51,010 bases of DNA from Actinomycetota bacterium (GTDB lineage Bacteria; Actinomycetota; Humimicrobiia; Humimicrobiales; Humimicrobiaceae): positions 1-51,010 of the forward strand of contig JAPLCN010000144.1 of assembly GCA_026392215.1 (NCBI GenBank), read 5' to 3'. Both the position numbers and the translations under genes were made by a program. A model generated the notes under the pieces. That model saw only the letters and a list, made by a program, of their open reading frames with translations. It was not told the origin of the DNA and ran no database searches. This document shows positions 41,294 to 50,816 of the stretch, in pieces. Position 1 is the stretch's first letter, and every line of letters starts with the position of its first letter.

Positions 41294-42658
41294 ATGGGTA
41301 TCGCATATAATAACATACTTGAAACTATCGGAAGAACTCCTTTAGTAAAATTAAATAATATTACAAAAAATATAAAATCAAAAATATATGTCAAGGTAGA
41401 ATATTTTAATCCAGGTGGAAGTGTTAAAGACAGAGTTGGCATATCAATGATTGAAGCGGCAGAAAAAGAAGGTCTTTTAAAACTCGGGGGCACTATAATT
41501 GAAGCCACGGCAGGAAATACCGGTGTTGGTATTGCAATAGCTGCTTCTATAAAGAAATACAGGACAATTTTTATACTTCCTGACAAAATGAGTGAAGATA
41601 AGATTGCATTATTAAAAGCTTACGGAGCAGAAGTTATAATAACTCCCACATCTGTTCCGCCGGATTCACCTGAAAGTTATAATGGAGTAGCAGAAAGGCT
41701 TTCTAAAGAAATCAAAGGAGCATTCAGGCCAAATCAATTCATGAATAAATATAATCCTATTGCTCACTATTTAACAACTGGACCTGAAATATGGGAAGAT
41801 ACTGAAGGTAAAATAGATGTTTTTGTAGCAGGGATTGGAACTGGCGGCACTATTTCAGGAATCGGTAAATATTTAAAAGAAAAAAATCCAAATATAATAA
41901 TTATAGGGGCTGATCCGGAAGGTTCAATATTATCCGGAGATTCTCCAAAACCTTTTAAAGTTGAAGGTATTGGTGAAGATTTTATTCCAAAAACATTTAA
42001 TAACCAGATAGTTGATGAAATGATCAGAATAAGCGATAAGGAATCATTTAATACGGCCAGAGAACTGGCAAGGCTGGAAGGTTTACTTGTGGGTGGTTCA
42101 TCTGGCACAGCAGTAGCTGCTGCTATAAAATTTGCCCGCAGACTTGATGTTTCAAAATATATAGTAGCTCTTTTACCTGATACAGGCAGAAATTATATGA
42201 ATAAAATATTTTCAGATAAATGGATGCTGGAAAATGGTTTTTTCGAAAAAAATGTATCAAAAACAAAGAAAATCAAAAATATACTTGAAAGTAAAATAGA
42301 TTTTCCAAAAATTATTTCAATCAGCTCCACAGAACCATTAGTAAATGCAATCAATATAATAAAGAAGTATAGCATTTCGCAACTACCTGTTATTGATGAT
42401 AAAAAACTTGTCGGAAGTTTAAATGAAGCTTCAATCATGAAGATAGTTAAAGATAATTCAAATTATCCAGGTCAAAAAATTGCGTCAGTAATGGGTAAAC
42501 CATTGCCAAAGCTGGATGAAGACCTGGATGTCTTAGAAGCATATAGAATTCTTTTAACAGATGCTTCAGGCATAGTAGTTACAAGAGAAAATATACCGGT
42601 TAGCGTAATAACCAGAACAGATCTAATTAATTTTTGGCTCATAGAAGGTGAAAAATGA
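41294..42658 (+). CDS. Cystathionine beta-synthase with C-terminal CBS pair
   Basis: NPGGSVKDR, EATAGNTG, GIGTGGT, VEGIGEDF, GGSSG; CBS domains (ISQLPV; ITRTDL). Confidence 0.9.
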   Translation: MGIAYNNILETIGRTPLVKLNNITKNIKSKIYVKVEYFNPGGSVKDRVGISMIEAAEKEGLLKLGGTIIEATAGNTGVGIAIAASIKKYRTIFILPDKMSEDKIALLKAYGAEVIITPTSVPPDSPESYNGVAERLSKEIKGAFRPNQFMNKYNPIAHYLTTGPEIWEDTEGKIDVFVAGIGTGGTISGIGKYLKEKNPNIIIIGADPEGSILSGDSPKPFKVEGIGEDFIPKTFNNQIVDEMIRISDKESFNTARELARLEGLLVGGSSGTAVAAAIKFARRLDVSKYIVALLPDTGRNYMNKIFSDKWMLENGFFEKNVSKTKKIKNILESKIDFPKIISISSTEPLVNAINIIKKYSISQLPVIDDKKLVGSLNEASIMKIVKDNSNYPGQKIASVMGKPLPKLDEDLDVLEAYRILLTDASGIVVTRENIPVSVITRTDLINFWLIEGEK

Positions 42659-43791
42659 AATTTGAAACAAAAGCTATTCACTTTGGTCAAAAACCAGATT
42701 TTGCGACTGGAGCTGTAACAGTTCCGGTTTATCAAACTTCAACTTATGAACAGGAAGCTATTGGAAAGCATAAAGGTTATGAATATTCAAGAACAGATAA
42801 TCCAACAAGGAAAGTCCTGGAAACCGTTGTTGCTGTGTTGGAAAACGGGGAATATGGCGTTGCTTTTGCATCAGGTCTGGCTGCTGAAACTGCAGTGTTT
42901 CAACTTCTGAAGAATGGCGATCATGTAATAGCAGGAGCAGATATATACGGCGGAACTTACAGGTTGCTGGAAAAAGTATTTAAACCATGGGGGTTAGAGG
43001 TAAGCTTTGTAGATGTTGATGATATTAATAATTTTAAACAGGCTATTAAAAAAAATACCAGACTTATCTGGATTGAAACTCCAACCAATCCTCTTTTAAA
43101 AATAATAAGCATTAAAAAGTTATCAGAAATATCAAAAAACAATAAAATAATTTTTGCTGTTGATAATACGTTTGCAAGTCCTTATTTCCAAAGGCCATTA
43201 AATTTTGGAGCAGATATTGTTGTTCACAGTACAACCAAATATATCTCCGGACACAGTGATATAATTGGCGGAGCTGTAGTAACTTCCAGCAAACAAATCT
43301 ATGAAAATATAAAATTTTACCAAAATGCTGCCGGAGCTGTTCCTGGTCCATGGGATTGCTGGCTAATATTGCGCGGTATAAAAACATTGGCAATAAGAAT
43401 GAAAGAACATGGGAAAAATGCGCTGTATTTAGCGAAACATCTGGAAAAGCATCCTGAAGTTGAAAGAGTATACTACCCGGGTTTGGAAAACAATGATGGT
43501 TATGGAATTGCTAAAGGACAAATGAAAGGTTTCGGCGGTATGGTTAGTTTTGAAATAAAAGGTGGATTTGAAGATACCCAAAAATTTATTTCAAAACTTA
43601 AAATATTTACTTTGGGAGAAAGTCTGGGAGGCGTTGAATCACTTGTGAGCTGCCCTTCAAAAATGACCCATTCCTCAATTCCTTTAAAAGAAAGAGAAAG
43701 GTTAGGGATTAAAGATAATTTAATCAGGCTTTCAATTGGAATTGAAAATAAAAAAGATTTACTTGAGGATTTACTGCAAGCTTTAGAATAA
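42655..43791 (+). CDS. Cystathionine gamma-lyase/synthase (Cys/Met metabolism PLP enzyme)
   Basis: YQTST, YSRTDNPTR, ETPTNP, DNTF, HSTTKYISGHSD, ESLGGVES, RLSIGIE; ATGA coupling to the upstream gene. Confidence 0.93.
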   Translation: MKFETKAIHFGQKPDFATGAVTVPVYQTSTYEQEAIGKHKGYEYSRTDNPTRKVLETVVAVLENGEYGVAFASGLAAETAVFQLLKNGDHVIAGADIYGGTYRLLEKVFKPWGLEVSFVDVDDINNFKQAIKKNTRLIWIETPTNPLLKIISIKKLSEISKNNKIIFAVDNTFASPYFQRPLNFGADIVVHSTTKYISGHSDIIGGAVVTSSKQIYENIKFYQNAAGAVPGPWDCWLILRGIKTLAIRMKEHGKNALYLAKHLEKHPEVERVYYPGLENNDGYGIAKGQMKGFGGMVSFEIKGGFEDTQKFISKLKIFTLGESLGGVESLVSCPSKMTHSSIPLKERERLGIKDNLIRLSIGIENKKDLLEDLLQALE

Positions 43792-44055
43792 TAAATATAT
43801 AAATTTATTAAGTAACTTTGTCAGATTATTTCTTGTCATTAAATTCATTCGCAATATAATAATTATAGAATTATACGAATTTTTAAAATATACAGAAAGG
43901 CAACTCCTGAAGTAATAAATAAAGCCTGTAATTTTGAATTTGCTATTTTTGCTCTGGTACAATAAAAAACTAGCTTCCCACTTAAAAAAATCAAAAATAT
44001 CTGTTATAGTTTTAGAATTTATTTTTTTAATAATTACTTACAAATTTATTTCATA

Positions 44056-44880
44056 ATGGATCAGAAAAAAATTTATAATCATGCAAAGATTTCAAAAGAT
44101 TACGCCCGGCGTGATTATCTTGATAAAGCAGAGCAACAGATAATTGAAGAATTAAAGAACGTGCTGCCAAAATTTAATATGCTTGATATGGGCGTGGGCG
44201 GCGGCAGGACTACAGGATATTTTCTGGCTCTTGTTAACAGTTATATAGGCGCTGATTATGCTCCCAATATGATAGCAGAGTGCAAAAAAAAGTTTAAAAA
44301 CAAGAAAGTCTTTGAAGTGCTGGACGTTCGCAACATGTCAAAATTCAGCGACAACATGTTTGATTTCATACTGTTTAGCTATAACGGAATTGACAGTTTT
44401 GGATTAAAAGACAGAGAAACAGCGCTAAAGGAAATAAAGAGAGTTTTAAAAAATGGCGGCTATTACTCTTTTTCATCCCATAACATAAACTGGAAAGGCT
44501 TGTATAATCTTTTTACATTCAGAAATATTTATACAAAATTAGTTAATAAAGCAGATAATGGAAAGAATTTATTATCAAAATTCATTATATTTTTAGAAGC
44601 AGTTTTTATAAACATATGGCTTAATTTCCAAAATAAAAGCTTCAATATTAAATTTCATATTGACCGCTTAAGAAAAGAAGGACAGGGAAATTTAACAGAT
44701 AATTCATTAAATGGAAAAGCAAAAATATTTTATACATCTTACAAATCTCAAATTCTGCAATTAACAAAATCCGGATTTAAAAATATTTCTGCTTATTCAA
44801 TAAACGGCATAAAAACTCGAGATGAAAATGAACTTAACCAGGGCGGATGGATTTATTATTTATGCCAGATCGAAAAATAA
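44056..44880 (+). CDS. Class I SAM-dependent methyltransferase
   Basis: LDMGVGGGRT, DY, FDFILFSYNGID, RVLKNGG. Confidence 0.88.
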   Translation: MDQKKIYNHAKISKDYARRDYLDKAEQQIIEELKNVLPKFNMLDMGVGGGRTTGYFLALVNSYIGADYAPNMIAECKKKFKNKKVFEVLDVRNMSKFSDNMFDFILFSYNGIDSFGLKDRETALKEIKRVLKNGGYYSFSSHNINWKGLYNLFTFRNIYTKLVNKADNGKNLLSKFIIFLEAVFINIWLNFQNKSFNIKFHIDRLRKEGQGNLTDNSLNGKAKIFYTSYKSQILQLTKSGFKNISAYSINGIKTRDENELNQGGWIYYLCQIEK

Positions 44881-45002
44881 ATTTTATTTTGTATTCTGCC
44901 ACAACCGATATTAAATGCCTTTTAATTGATAAATATCGCTATTAAATTATAATTATTAACTAAAGTCGTTATTTTAATAATAAATTTTTAAGAAAGTATA
45001 AA

Positions 45003-45837
45003 TTGGACAACAGACCTATCGGCATTTTTGATTCAGGGCTTGGCGGGCTTACTGTATTAAGAGAAATAATCAAAGAAGTTCCAAATGAAAATATTATTTT
45101 TTTTGGAGATACAGCAAGATTTCCTTACGGTCCCAGGGAACTGGGTGAAGTTAAGATATTTGCACTTAGAATTGCAGATTTTTTGTATGAGCAAAACGTT
45201 AAGCTTCTTGTTATTGCATGCAATACAGCAACCGCTTCCGCACTTTCTGATATCAAGGCAAAATTTAACATACCTGTGATAGGAGTAATCGAACCCGGGG
45301 CAAGAACAGCAGCAGCAGCTACTGTTTCAAAAAGAGTTGGCGTTATTGCTACCAGAGGCACTGTTGGAAGCAAGGCATATGATAATGCAATTAACAAAAT
45401 AGACAGTGAAATAAAACTATTTTCCAATGCCGCGACTTTGCTGGTTGAATATGTTGAGGAAGGGATTTTGGAAGGCAGCATGCTTGACAAGGCAATATGC
45501 GGTTATCTAAAGCCTTTATTTAAGGAAGATATTGACGTCCTGATTTTAGGTTGCACGCACTTTCCTTTAATTGAGGGCAGCATAAAGAACTGCTGCGATG
45601 GCAGTGTTAAGGTTATAAGCTCGGCAATTGAGACTTCAAGGGATGTAAAAAATACCCTTGAAAAATTTAATATTGAAAATGACGGGGAAATAAAGCCCCA
45701 AAGAATATTTTATGAAACTGGGAATACAAGCAAAAATATTTTATGAAACTGGAAATACAAGCAAATTTTTCAGTGTAAGCAAGATGTTTCTAGGGGAAAA
45801 AATTAAAGAAGTAATAAAAGTTGATTTAAAAATGTAA
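45003..45837 (+). CDS. murI: Glutamate racemase; 3' end frameshifted by a 31-bp tandem duplication (as written it stops at 45746)
   Basis: FDSGLGGL, PYG, ACNTA, ILGCTHF. Removing one repeat copy restores ...SKFFSVSKMFLGEKIKEVIKVDLKM* ending at 45837. Confidence 0.9.
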
Positions 45838-45992
45838 ATTATTATTTTAGAAAGCAAATTTTTTAAAAATACTGATTTTATCAATCGTTTTTTAAATATT
45901 TACACAACAGCTTCAATTGGCAGAATGCAGATAAATAATATTTATTAATTCTAATTTTTGTTTTTATAGTTTTAGCGAAAGGCAGTTTAAAT

Positions 45993-46718
45993 ATGAGCAC
46001 AAGAATTGATGGCAGATCAAATGATGAATTAAGGCAGGTCAAAGTAACAAGAAACTACATATCCCATGCTGAAGGTTCCGCCTTCATAGAAGTTGGAAAG
46101 ACCAGAGTTATATGCACGGCTACTGTAGAAGAAAAAGTCCCACCGTTCCAAAGAGGCAAGGGTATCGGATGGGTTACTGCAGAATATGACATGATTCCAA
46201 GATCAGCGCAGGTGAGAATAATCAGGCCTCAAACAACGGGCAAAATCAAAGGAAGGACTCATGAGATTCAGAGGTTGATAGGGAGGTCGCTGCGTGGTGT
46301 TGTTGATTTCCAAAAACTTGGCGAGCGGACTATCTGGATAGACTGTGATGTTATTGAGGCAGACGGAGGCACAAGATGCGCTTCTATTACCGGCGGCTAT
46401 ATTGCTTTATTTGACTGCTGCAGATATCTGGTTGAACAAAAAATAATTACAGAAATGCCTGTGAGCGATTTTCTGGCAGCAATTAGTGTAGGCATAGTCA
46501 ATGGAGAGATCATGGCTGATTTATGTTTTGCTGAAGACAGCACTGCAGAAGTTGACATGAATGTTGTAATGAATTCAAAAGGCAATCTGATTGAAGTTCA
46601 GTCTACTGCTGAAAATAAAGCCTTCTCAAGAGAAGATTTTAACAAGCTGCTTGATCTTTCAATGGTTTCCATAGAAAAACTTTTCTTAATTCAAAAAAAA
46701 GTATTGCTTGAACAATAG
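45993..46718 (+). CDS. rph: Ribonuclease PH
   Basis: [44 protein letters not shown]. Confidence 0.97.
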   Translation: MSTRIDGRSNDELRQVKVTRNYISHAEGSAFIEVGKTRVICTATVEEKVPPFQRGKGIGWVTAEYDMIPRSAQVRIIRPQTTGKIKGRTHEIQRLIGRSLRGVVDFQKLGERTIWIDCDVIEADGGTRCASITGGYIALFDCCRYLVEQKIITEMPVSDFLAAISVGIVNGEIMADLCFAEDSTAEVDMNVVMNSKGNLIEVQSTAENKAFSREDFNKLLDLSMVSIEKLFLIQKKVLLEQ

Positions 46719-46839
46719 TATTGGAAGATATCTGCCGGTTATCTTGCATGGATAACCTTTAGGTTCTACTGAATGTTTTTACAATTGTGACAAATAATTA
46801 ATAAAATTTTTATAATTTAAGAGTACTGTTTAAAATAAC

Positions 46840-47457
46840 ATGGAAAATGAAACTTCAATAATAATTGCTACAAAAAATAAAGGAAAAGTTAAGGAAATAT
46901 GGCATTTTTTAAAGGATTTAAACATAAATCTTTTGTCTCTTAATGATTTTGAAAATTTATCCGAAATCATTGAAGATGGCAAAAATTTTAAAGAAAATTC
47001 CATAAAAAAAGCAAAAATAATTGCCGAAACTTTTCAGAAATTAACTCTTGCTGATGATTCAGGGCTGGAAGTTGACTTTCTTAATGGCAATCCTGGTGTT
47101 TATTCATCAAGATACAGTGGTGAAAATGCAACAGATAAATCCAACAGAGACAAGCTCTTATCAGGACTTGCAGAGATAAAGGATTTAAATGAAAGAACGG
47201 CAAGGTTTGTATGCCACCTTGTTTTATGGGATCCGCAAAGGGGACTTTTATTCGAAACTGACGGGTTTTGTGAAGGGTGGATAGGTTTTGAAGAAACCGG
47301 AAGCGGCGGATTCGGATATGACTGCATCTTTATTCCAAAAGGATTTAATAAAACTATGGCGCAGCTTAGCAAGGATGAAAAGAATGAAATCAGCCACAGG
47401 GGCAAAGCTTTAAAAGATTTTACTGGTTTTATTAACAAAAATAAGTTTCTTTTTTAG
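46840..47457 (+). CDS. rdgB: dITP/XTP pyrophosphatase (HAM1 family)
   Basis: ATKNKGKVKE, ADDSGL, PGVYSSRY, GFGYD, KNEISHRGKA. Confidence 0.95.
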   Translation: MENETSIIIATKNKGKVKEIWHFLKDLNINLLSLNDFENLSEIIEDGKNFKENSIKKAKIIAETFQKLTLADDSGLEVDFLNGNPGVYSSRYSGENATDKSNRDKLLSGLAEIKDLNERTARFVCHLVLWDPQRGLLFETDGFCEGWIGFEETGSGGFGYDCIFIPKGFNKTMAQLSKDEKNEISHRGKALKDFTGFINKNKFLF

Positions 47458-47480
47458 CTTGTTTGAATTAAAATAATAAA

Positions 47481-47691
47481 TTAGCCGAAAGCCCCTTATT
47501 TCAATGATGGGGATGAAGGCTTTTTATAAAAACGTCTTGAAACGGGCGTTATACTATCGTTAATGGATTGAAATGGAATCTTTGATAGTGAAAATCTTAG
47601 AGAAACCAATTGGTCGTTATAAGTTTTGGCTTATATCGAAAGCTGGTCAGTATCTAAGAACCAGCCGACTTTAGTCGTGTAAGAATTTCAG
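47481..47691 (+). mobile_element. Degenerate miniature IS200/IS605-type element
   Basis: GCCGAAAGCCCCTTATTTCAATGATGGGGATGAAGGC resembles the left end of the 11727-12094 element; AAGAACCAGCCGACTTTAGTCGTGT...TTCA resembles a right end. Boundaries are approximate. Confidence 0.5.
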
Positions 47692-47707
47692 TTCTTGTCT
47701 GTAATAT

Positions 47708-47787
47708 CGGGGTGTAGCGCAGCCTTGGTTTAGCGCACCTGCTTTGGGAGCAGGGGGTCGGAGGTTCAAATCCTCTCACCCCGACCA
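47708..47787 (+). tRNA. tRNA-Pro(TGG)
   Basis: CGGGGTG/CACCCCG acceptor stem, CCTGC-TT-TGG-GA-GCAGG, GGTTCAAATCC, encoded CCA. Confidence 0.96.
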
Positions 47788-48014
47788 GTACTTTGAAAGT
47801 AAAAGTTAGCTTTGATTGGAGTTTAAATACGCCGGTGGCATATTTAAACAAAAGGATTTGAATGGACGGACTGAAGGCGGCAGCCGAAGGAGTCCGCGGC
47901 TCTGCAGCGAGCGATAGCGAGACGAAAGACCAAATCCTCTCACCCCGACCAGTACTTTGAAAGTAAAAGTTAGCTTTGGTTGGAGTTTAAATACGCCTGT
48001 GGCATATTTAAACA
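47767..48014 (+). repeat. tRNA-linked repeat at tRNA-Pro (164-bp period; tRNA 3' end repeated at 47931-47951)
   Basis: 47767-47850 recurs at 47931-48014 with 2 mismatches; the intervening GC-rich core is shared with the tRNA-Arg repeats. Confidence 0.9.
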
Positions 48015-48117
48015 CTAAGCCCTTTAGTTAATTCCCCTTTTTAAGTTTTTTATATTATTTGTATCAATAATAATTACCATAAAATATACCATAAAAAAAT
48101 ATTGATATTTAGCAATA

Positions 48118-48363
48118 GTGACAATACTGCCGATTACATCATTAAAACCTGGAAGAAAAATATATCCCAATGAAGTTTTAATTGAAAAAGATGAGAATAA
48201 AAATACCGGTCTTTCAATTGATTCCATTATTATGGCTCACCAGATTAGAACTGTTTTTAGAACTGTTTCAAAAAATAGACTAAAAAGAAATATCGGAAGT
48301 ATTGATGGTATGGAAATCATGGAAGAAGTCAATGAAGCTTTAAGGATTCATTTGAATTTATAA
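48118..48363 (+). pseudogene. 5'-truncated MazF/PemK-type toxin fragment
   Basis: VTILPITS..YPNEVLI..GL..DSIIMAHQIRT..K.RL...IG; in-frame stop at 48103 removes the N-terminus; 12-bp internal duplication; no antitoxin. Confidence 0.75.
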
Positions 48364-48599
48364 GAATTTCTGTTTTATGTAATTTATATGATTTTTTTAC
48401 CTCCCAAATTATTTTAATAGCAGGACTTGAAGTTTCCAGGTTTTTTGTATCCAAGCTATTAAAGAATTGATTGGCTATTGATTATTTTTAATTTTTATAT
48501 AAAATTTATTATGCAAATTAGATGGATAACTGTTAAAATAACTTGCTACTCTGTATGCAAGCTTTAAAGGGCTATTATTTGCAGGCATTTTGTATTCAA

Positions 48600-48676
48600 G
48601 CGGGAATAGCTCAGCTGGCTAGAGCGAAAGCCTTCCAAGCTTTAGGTCGCGGGTTCGAATCCCGTTTCCCGCTCCA
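48600..48676 (+). tRNA. tRNA-Gly(TCC)
   Basis: GCGGGAA/TTCCCGC, AAAGC-CT-TCC-AA-GCTTT, GGTTCGAATCC, CCA. Confidence 0.96.
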
Positions 48677-48756
48677 TTTTTTTAAAATGATTCATTTTTT
48701 ATGCTGATTATTCTGGTTTATTAAAAAAATTATTAAAATTTCAGGAGAAAGATAAA

Positions 48757-49953
48757 ATGAGTAGAAAAATAAGATTATTAATAATTTTTACTGTTATTTT
48801 ATGTTTGTCTTTTACTTTTATTCCTAACAATATATATGCAGCTACAAAAACCCAGGCGACTGATTTTGTAACAAGATTTTATACACATATTCTGGAAAGA
48901 AATCCTGATGCTGCAGGCCTTGATAGCCATGTAAAACAAATATTAAAAAAACAGATTACCGGGGCTCAACTTGCATATAATTTTGTGTTCAGTGCAGAGT
49001 TTTCTGCAAAAAATAAGAGTAATGAAGATTATTTAAAGATTCTTTTCAGGGCTTGCTTTAACAGGGAAGCTGATTCTGCCTCTTATGGCAACTGGCTGAA
49101 TTTATTAAACAAGGGCTATTCCCGCCAGTATGTGCTGGCAGGTTTTGTAAATGCGGATGAATTTAAAAACCTTTGCGGCAGCTATGGCGTAAAGGCAGGA
49201 AGCCTTGACGGGGGATCGATTCCTCAAATAACCGCAACTCAAATACCTATAATAGAATTGCACGGGATTGAAAATAGTCCAATGGGAAGATATGAAATTA
49301 GTGCCGGAGCTTTTGATTATATGTGCGGCACTTTAAAAAATATGGGATATGAAACAATCACACTCATTGATTTATATAATCATTTTGCAAAAGGCACAAA
49401 ACTGCCTGCTAAACCGGTTATTATTACAGCTGATGATGGTTATCAAAGCATGTATACTACTGCATTCCCAATCCTTAAAAAATATAAATACAAAATGACT
49501 GTTTTTTTAATTACAAGCTTTATTGGTGATAATGAAAAAACAAGAAGATTAAATGATTTTGACAGCGGTATGGAAAATATACCGCAAAGGGCGATGCTGA
49601 CATGGCCGGAAATCGGACAGATGAGTAAGTATGGCTTGGAATTTCAATCTCATTCATGGGGCCACACTATAATGAGCAATATTCCTATAGACAGGGCAAA
49701 ATTTGAACTTATTCAGTCAAAGCATGATATAGAACTGCATACTGGGAAGCCTGTTATATTTATTGCATGGCCTCACGGGGCAAGTTCAGATGAAGTAATT
49801 TCATTATTGCCACAAGTCGGTTATGTCGGGGCATTAAATGCATCTGGCGGCGTTCAAAGTCTGACGTCAATTGATTTAACCAGATTAAACAGAGTTGAGA
49901 TTGTTTCAGGGATTCCTCCCCAGGCTTATGCAGAAGTTTTAAATCTGCACTAA
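48757..49953 (+). CDS. Secreted polysaccharide deacetylase (CE4/NodB) with N-terminal DUF4214-like surface domain
   Basis: Signal peptide; FVTRFY..LER.PD..GL...F..SAEF repeats; ITADDG, FQSHSWGH, AWPHG. Confidence 0.85.
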   Translation: MSRKIRLLIIFTVILCLSFTFIPNNIYAATKTQATDFVTRFYTHILERNPDAAGLDSHVKQILKKQITGAQLAYNFVFSAEFSAKNKSNEDYLKILFRACFNREADSASYGNWLNLLNKGYSRQYVLAGFVNADEFKNLCGSYGVKAGSLDGGSIPQITATQIPIIELHGIENSPMGRYEISAGAFDYMCGTLKNMGYETITLIDLYNHFAKGTKLPAKPVIITADDGYQSMYTTAFPILKKYKYKMTVFLITSFIGDNEKTRRLNDFDSGMENIPQRAMLTWPEIGQMSKYGLEFQSHSWGHTIMSNIPIDRAKFELIQSKHDIELHTGKPVIFIAWPHGASSDEVISLLPQVGYVGALNASGGVQSLTSIDLTRLNRVEIVSGIPPQAYAEVLNLH

Positions 49954-50129
49954 ATTAAATGATATCGTTTTTTTAAATTCTTTTTCTAAATTCTTATTGA
50001 CTTGCATATTAATATTTTTTAAAGTATTATTTCGTTGCAATTAATTCAGAATAGTTGTCGGATGCTGTTAATTTTTTTATACACTGATTTTGTTATAATG
50101 AGTTAATTTGAATAGTATTAAATTAATAT

Positions 50130-50206
50130 GCGCTTGTAGCTCAGCTGGATAGAGCTACGGACTTCTAATCCGTAGGTCGGGGGTTCGAATCCCTCCAAGC
50201 GCACCA
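50130..50206 (+). tRNA. tRNA-Arg(TCT)
   Basis: GCGCTTG/CAAGCGC, ACGGA-CT-TCT-AA-TCCGT, GGTTCGAATCC, CCA. Confidence 0.96.
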
Positions 50207-50526
50207 TTGAACTTTGATAATTTATTTGCAACTTTAGATAAGAGTTTAAATCTGCCGGTGGCTGATTTAAACAAAGGGATTCGAATGGACGGAGCGAAGG
50301 CGACAGCCGAGTGAGTCCGCGGCTACGTAAGCGAGCGATAGCGAGACGAAAGACCGAATCCCTCCAAGCGCACCATGATACTTTGGTTTTAAGTTTTAAA
50401 ACTTTGAATGGACGGAGCGAAGGCGACAGCCGAGTGAGTCCGCGGCTCTGCAGCGAGCGATAGCGAGACGAAAGACCGAATCCCTCCAAGCGCACCAAGA
50501 TACTTTGGTTTTAAGTTTCAAAACTT
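50207..50526 (+). repeat. Two tRNA-linked repeat units at tRNA-Arg(TCT); tRNA 3' end repeated at 50355-50375 and 50477-50497
   Basis: CGAATCCCTCCAAGCGCACCA occurs at 50186, 50355 and 50477; each extra copy follows the shared core. Confidence 0.9.
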
Positions 50527-50565
50527 TTTGCTAAGCCGTTAGAATACTAATGGCAAAGGAATTTT

Positions 50566-50642
50566 GGTGAGAATAGCTCAGTTGGTAGAGCGCAGGTCTG
50601 TGGCACCTGATGTCGCGGGTTCGAGCCCCGTTTCTCACCCCA
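50566..50642 (+). tRNA. tRNA-His(GTG) with encoded G-1
   Basis: G-GTGAGAA/TTCTCAC-C-CCA, CAGGT-CT-GTG-GC-ACCTG. Confidence 0.96.
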
Positions 50643-50739
50643 TTTTTTTATTATTATCTTGTTTTTAATGATAAGGATTTAAAATATTAAATCTTATTTA
50701 ACAAATAAATGTTTACTCTTTGTAGTAGAAAAACAACTT

Positions 50740-50816
50740 GCGCCTGTAGCTCAGCTGGATAGAGCGACGGACTTCGAATCCGAAGGCCGGGGGTTCGAAT
50801 CCCTCCAGGCGTGCCA
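50740..50816 (+). tRNA. tRNA-Arg(TCG)
   Basis: GCGCCTG/CAGGCGT, ACGGA-CT-TCG-AA-TCCGA, GGTTCGAATCC, CCA. Confidence 0.92.

Noticed and set aside
59-47438. Numerous 60-165 aa ORFs antisense to, or nested in, long genes
   Set aside because: They are shadow ORFs of well-supported genes, with no motifs or ribosome-binding sites.
47654-48015. Minus-strand ORFs MFKYATGVFKLQ... (two near-identical), and likewise 50118..50498
   Set aside because: They are antisense translations of tRNAs and the tRNA-linked repeats ([20 protein letters not shown]), not proteins.
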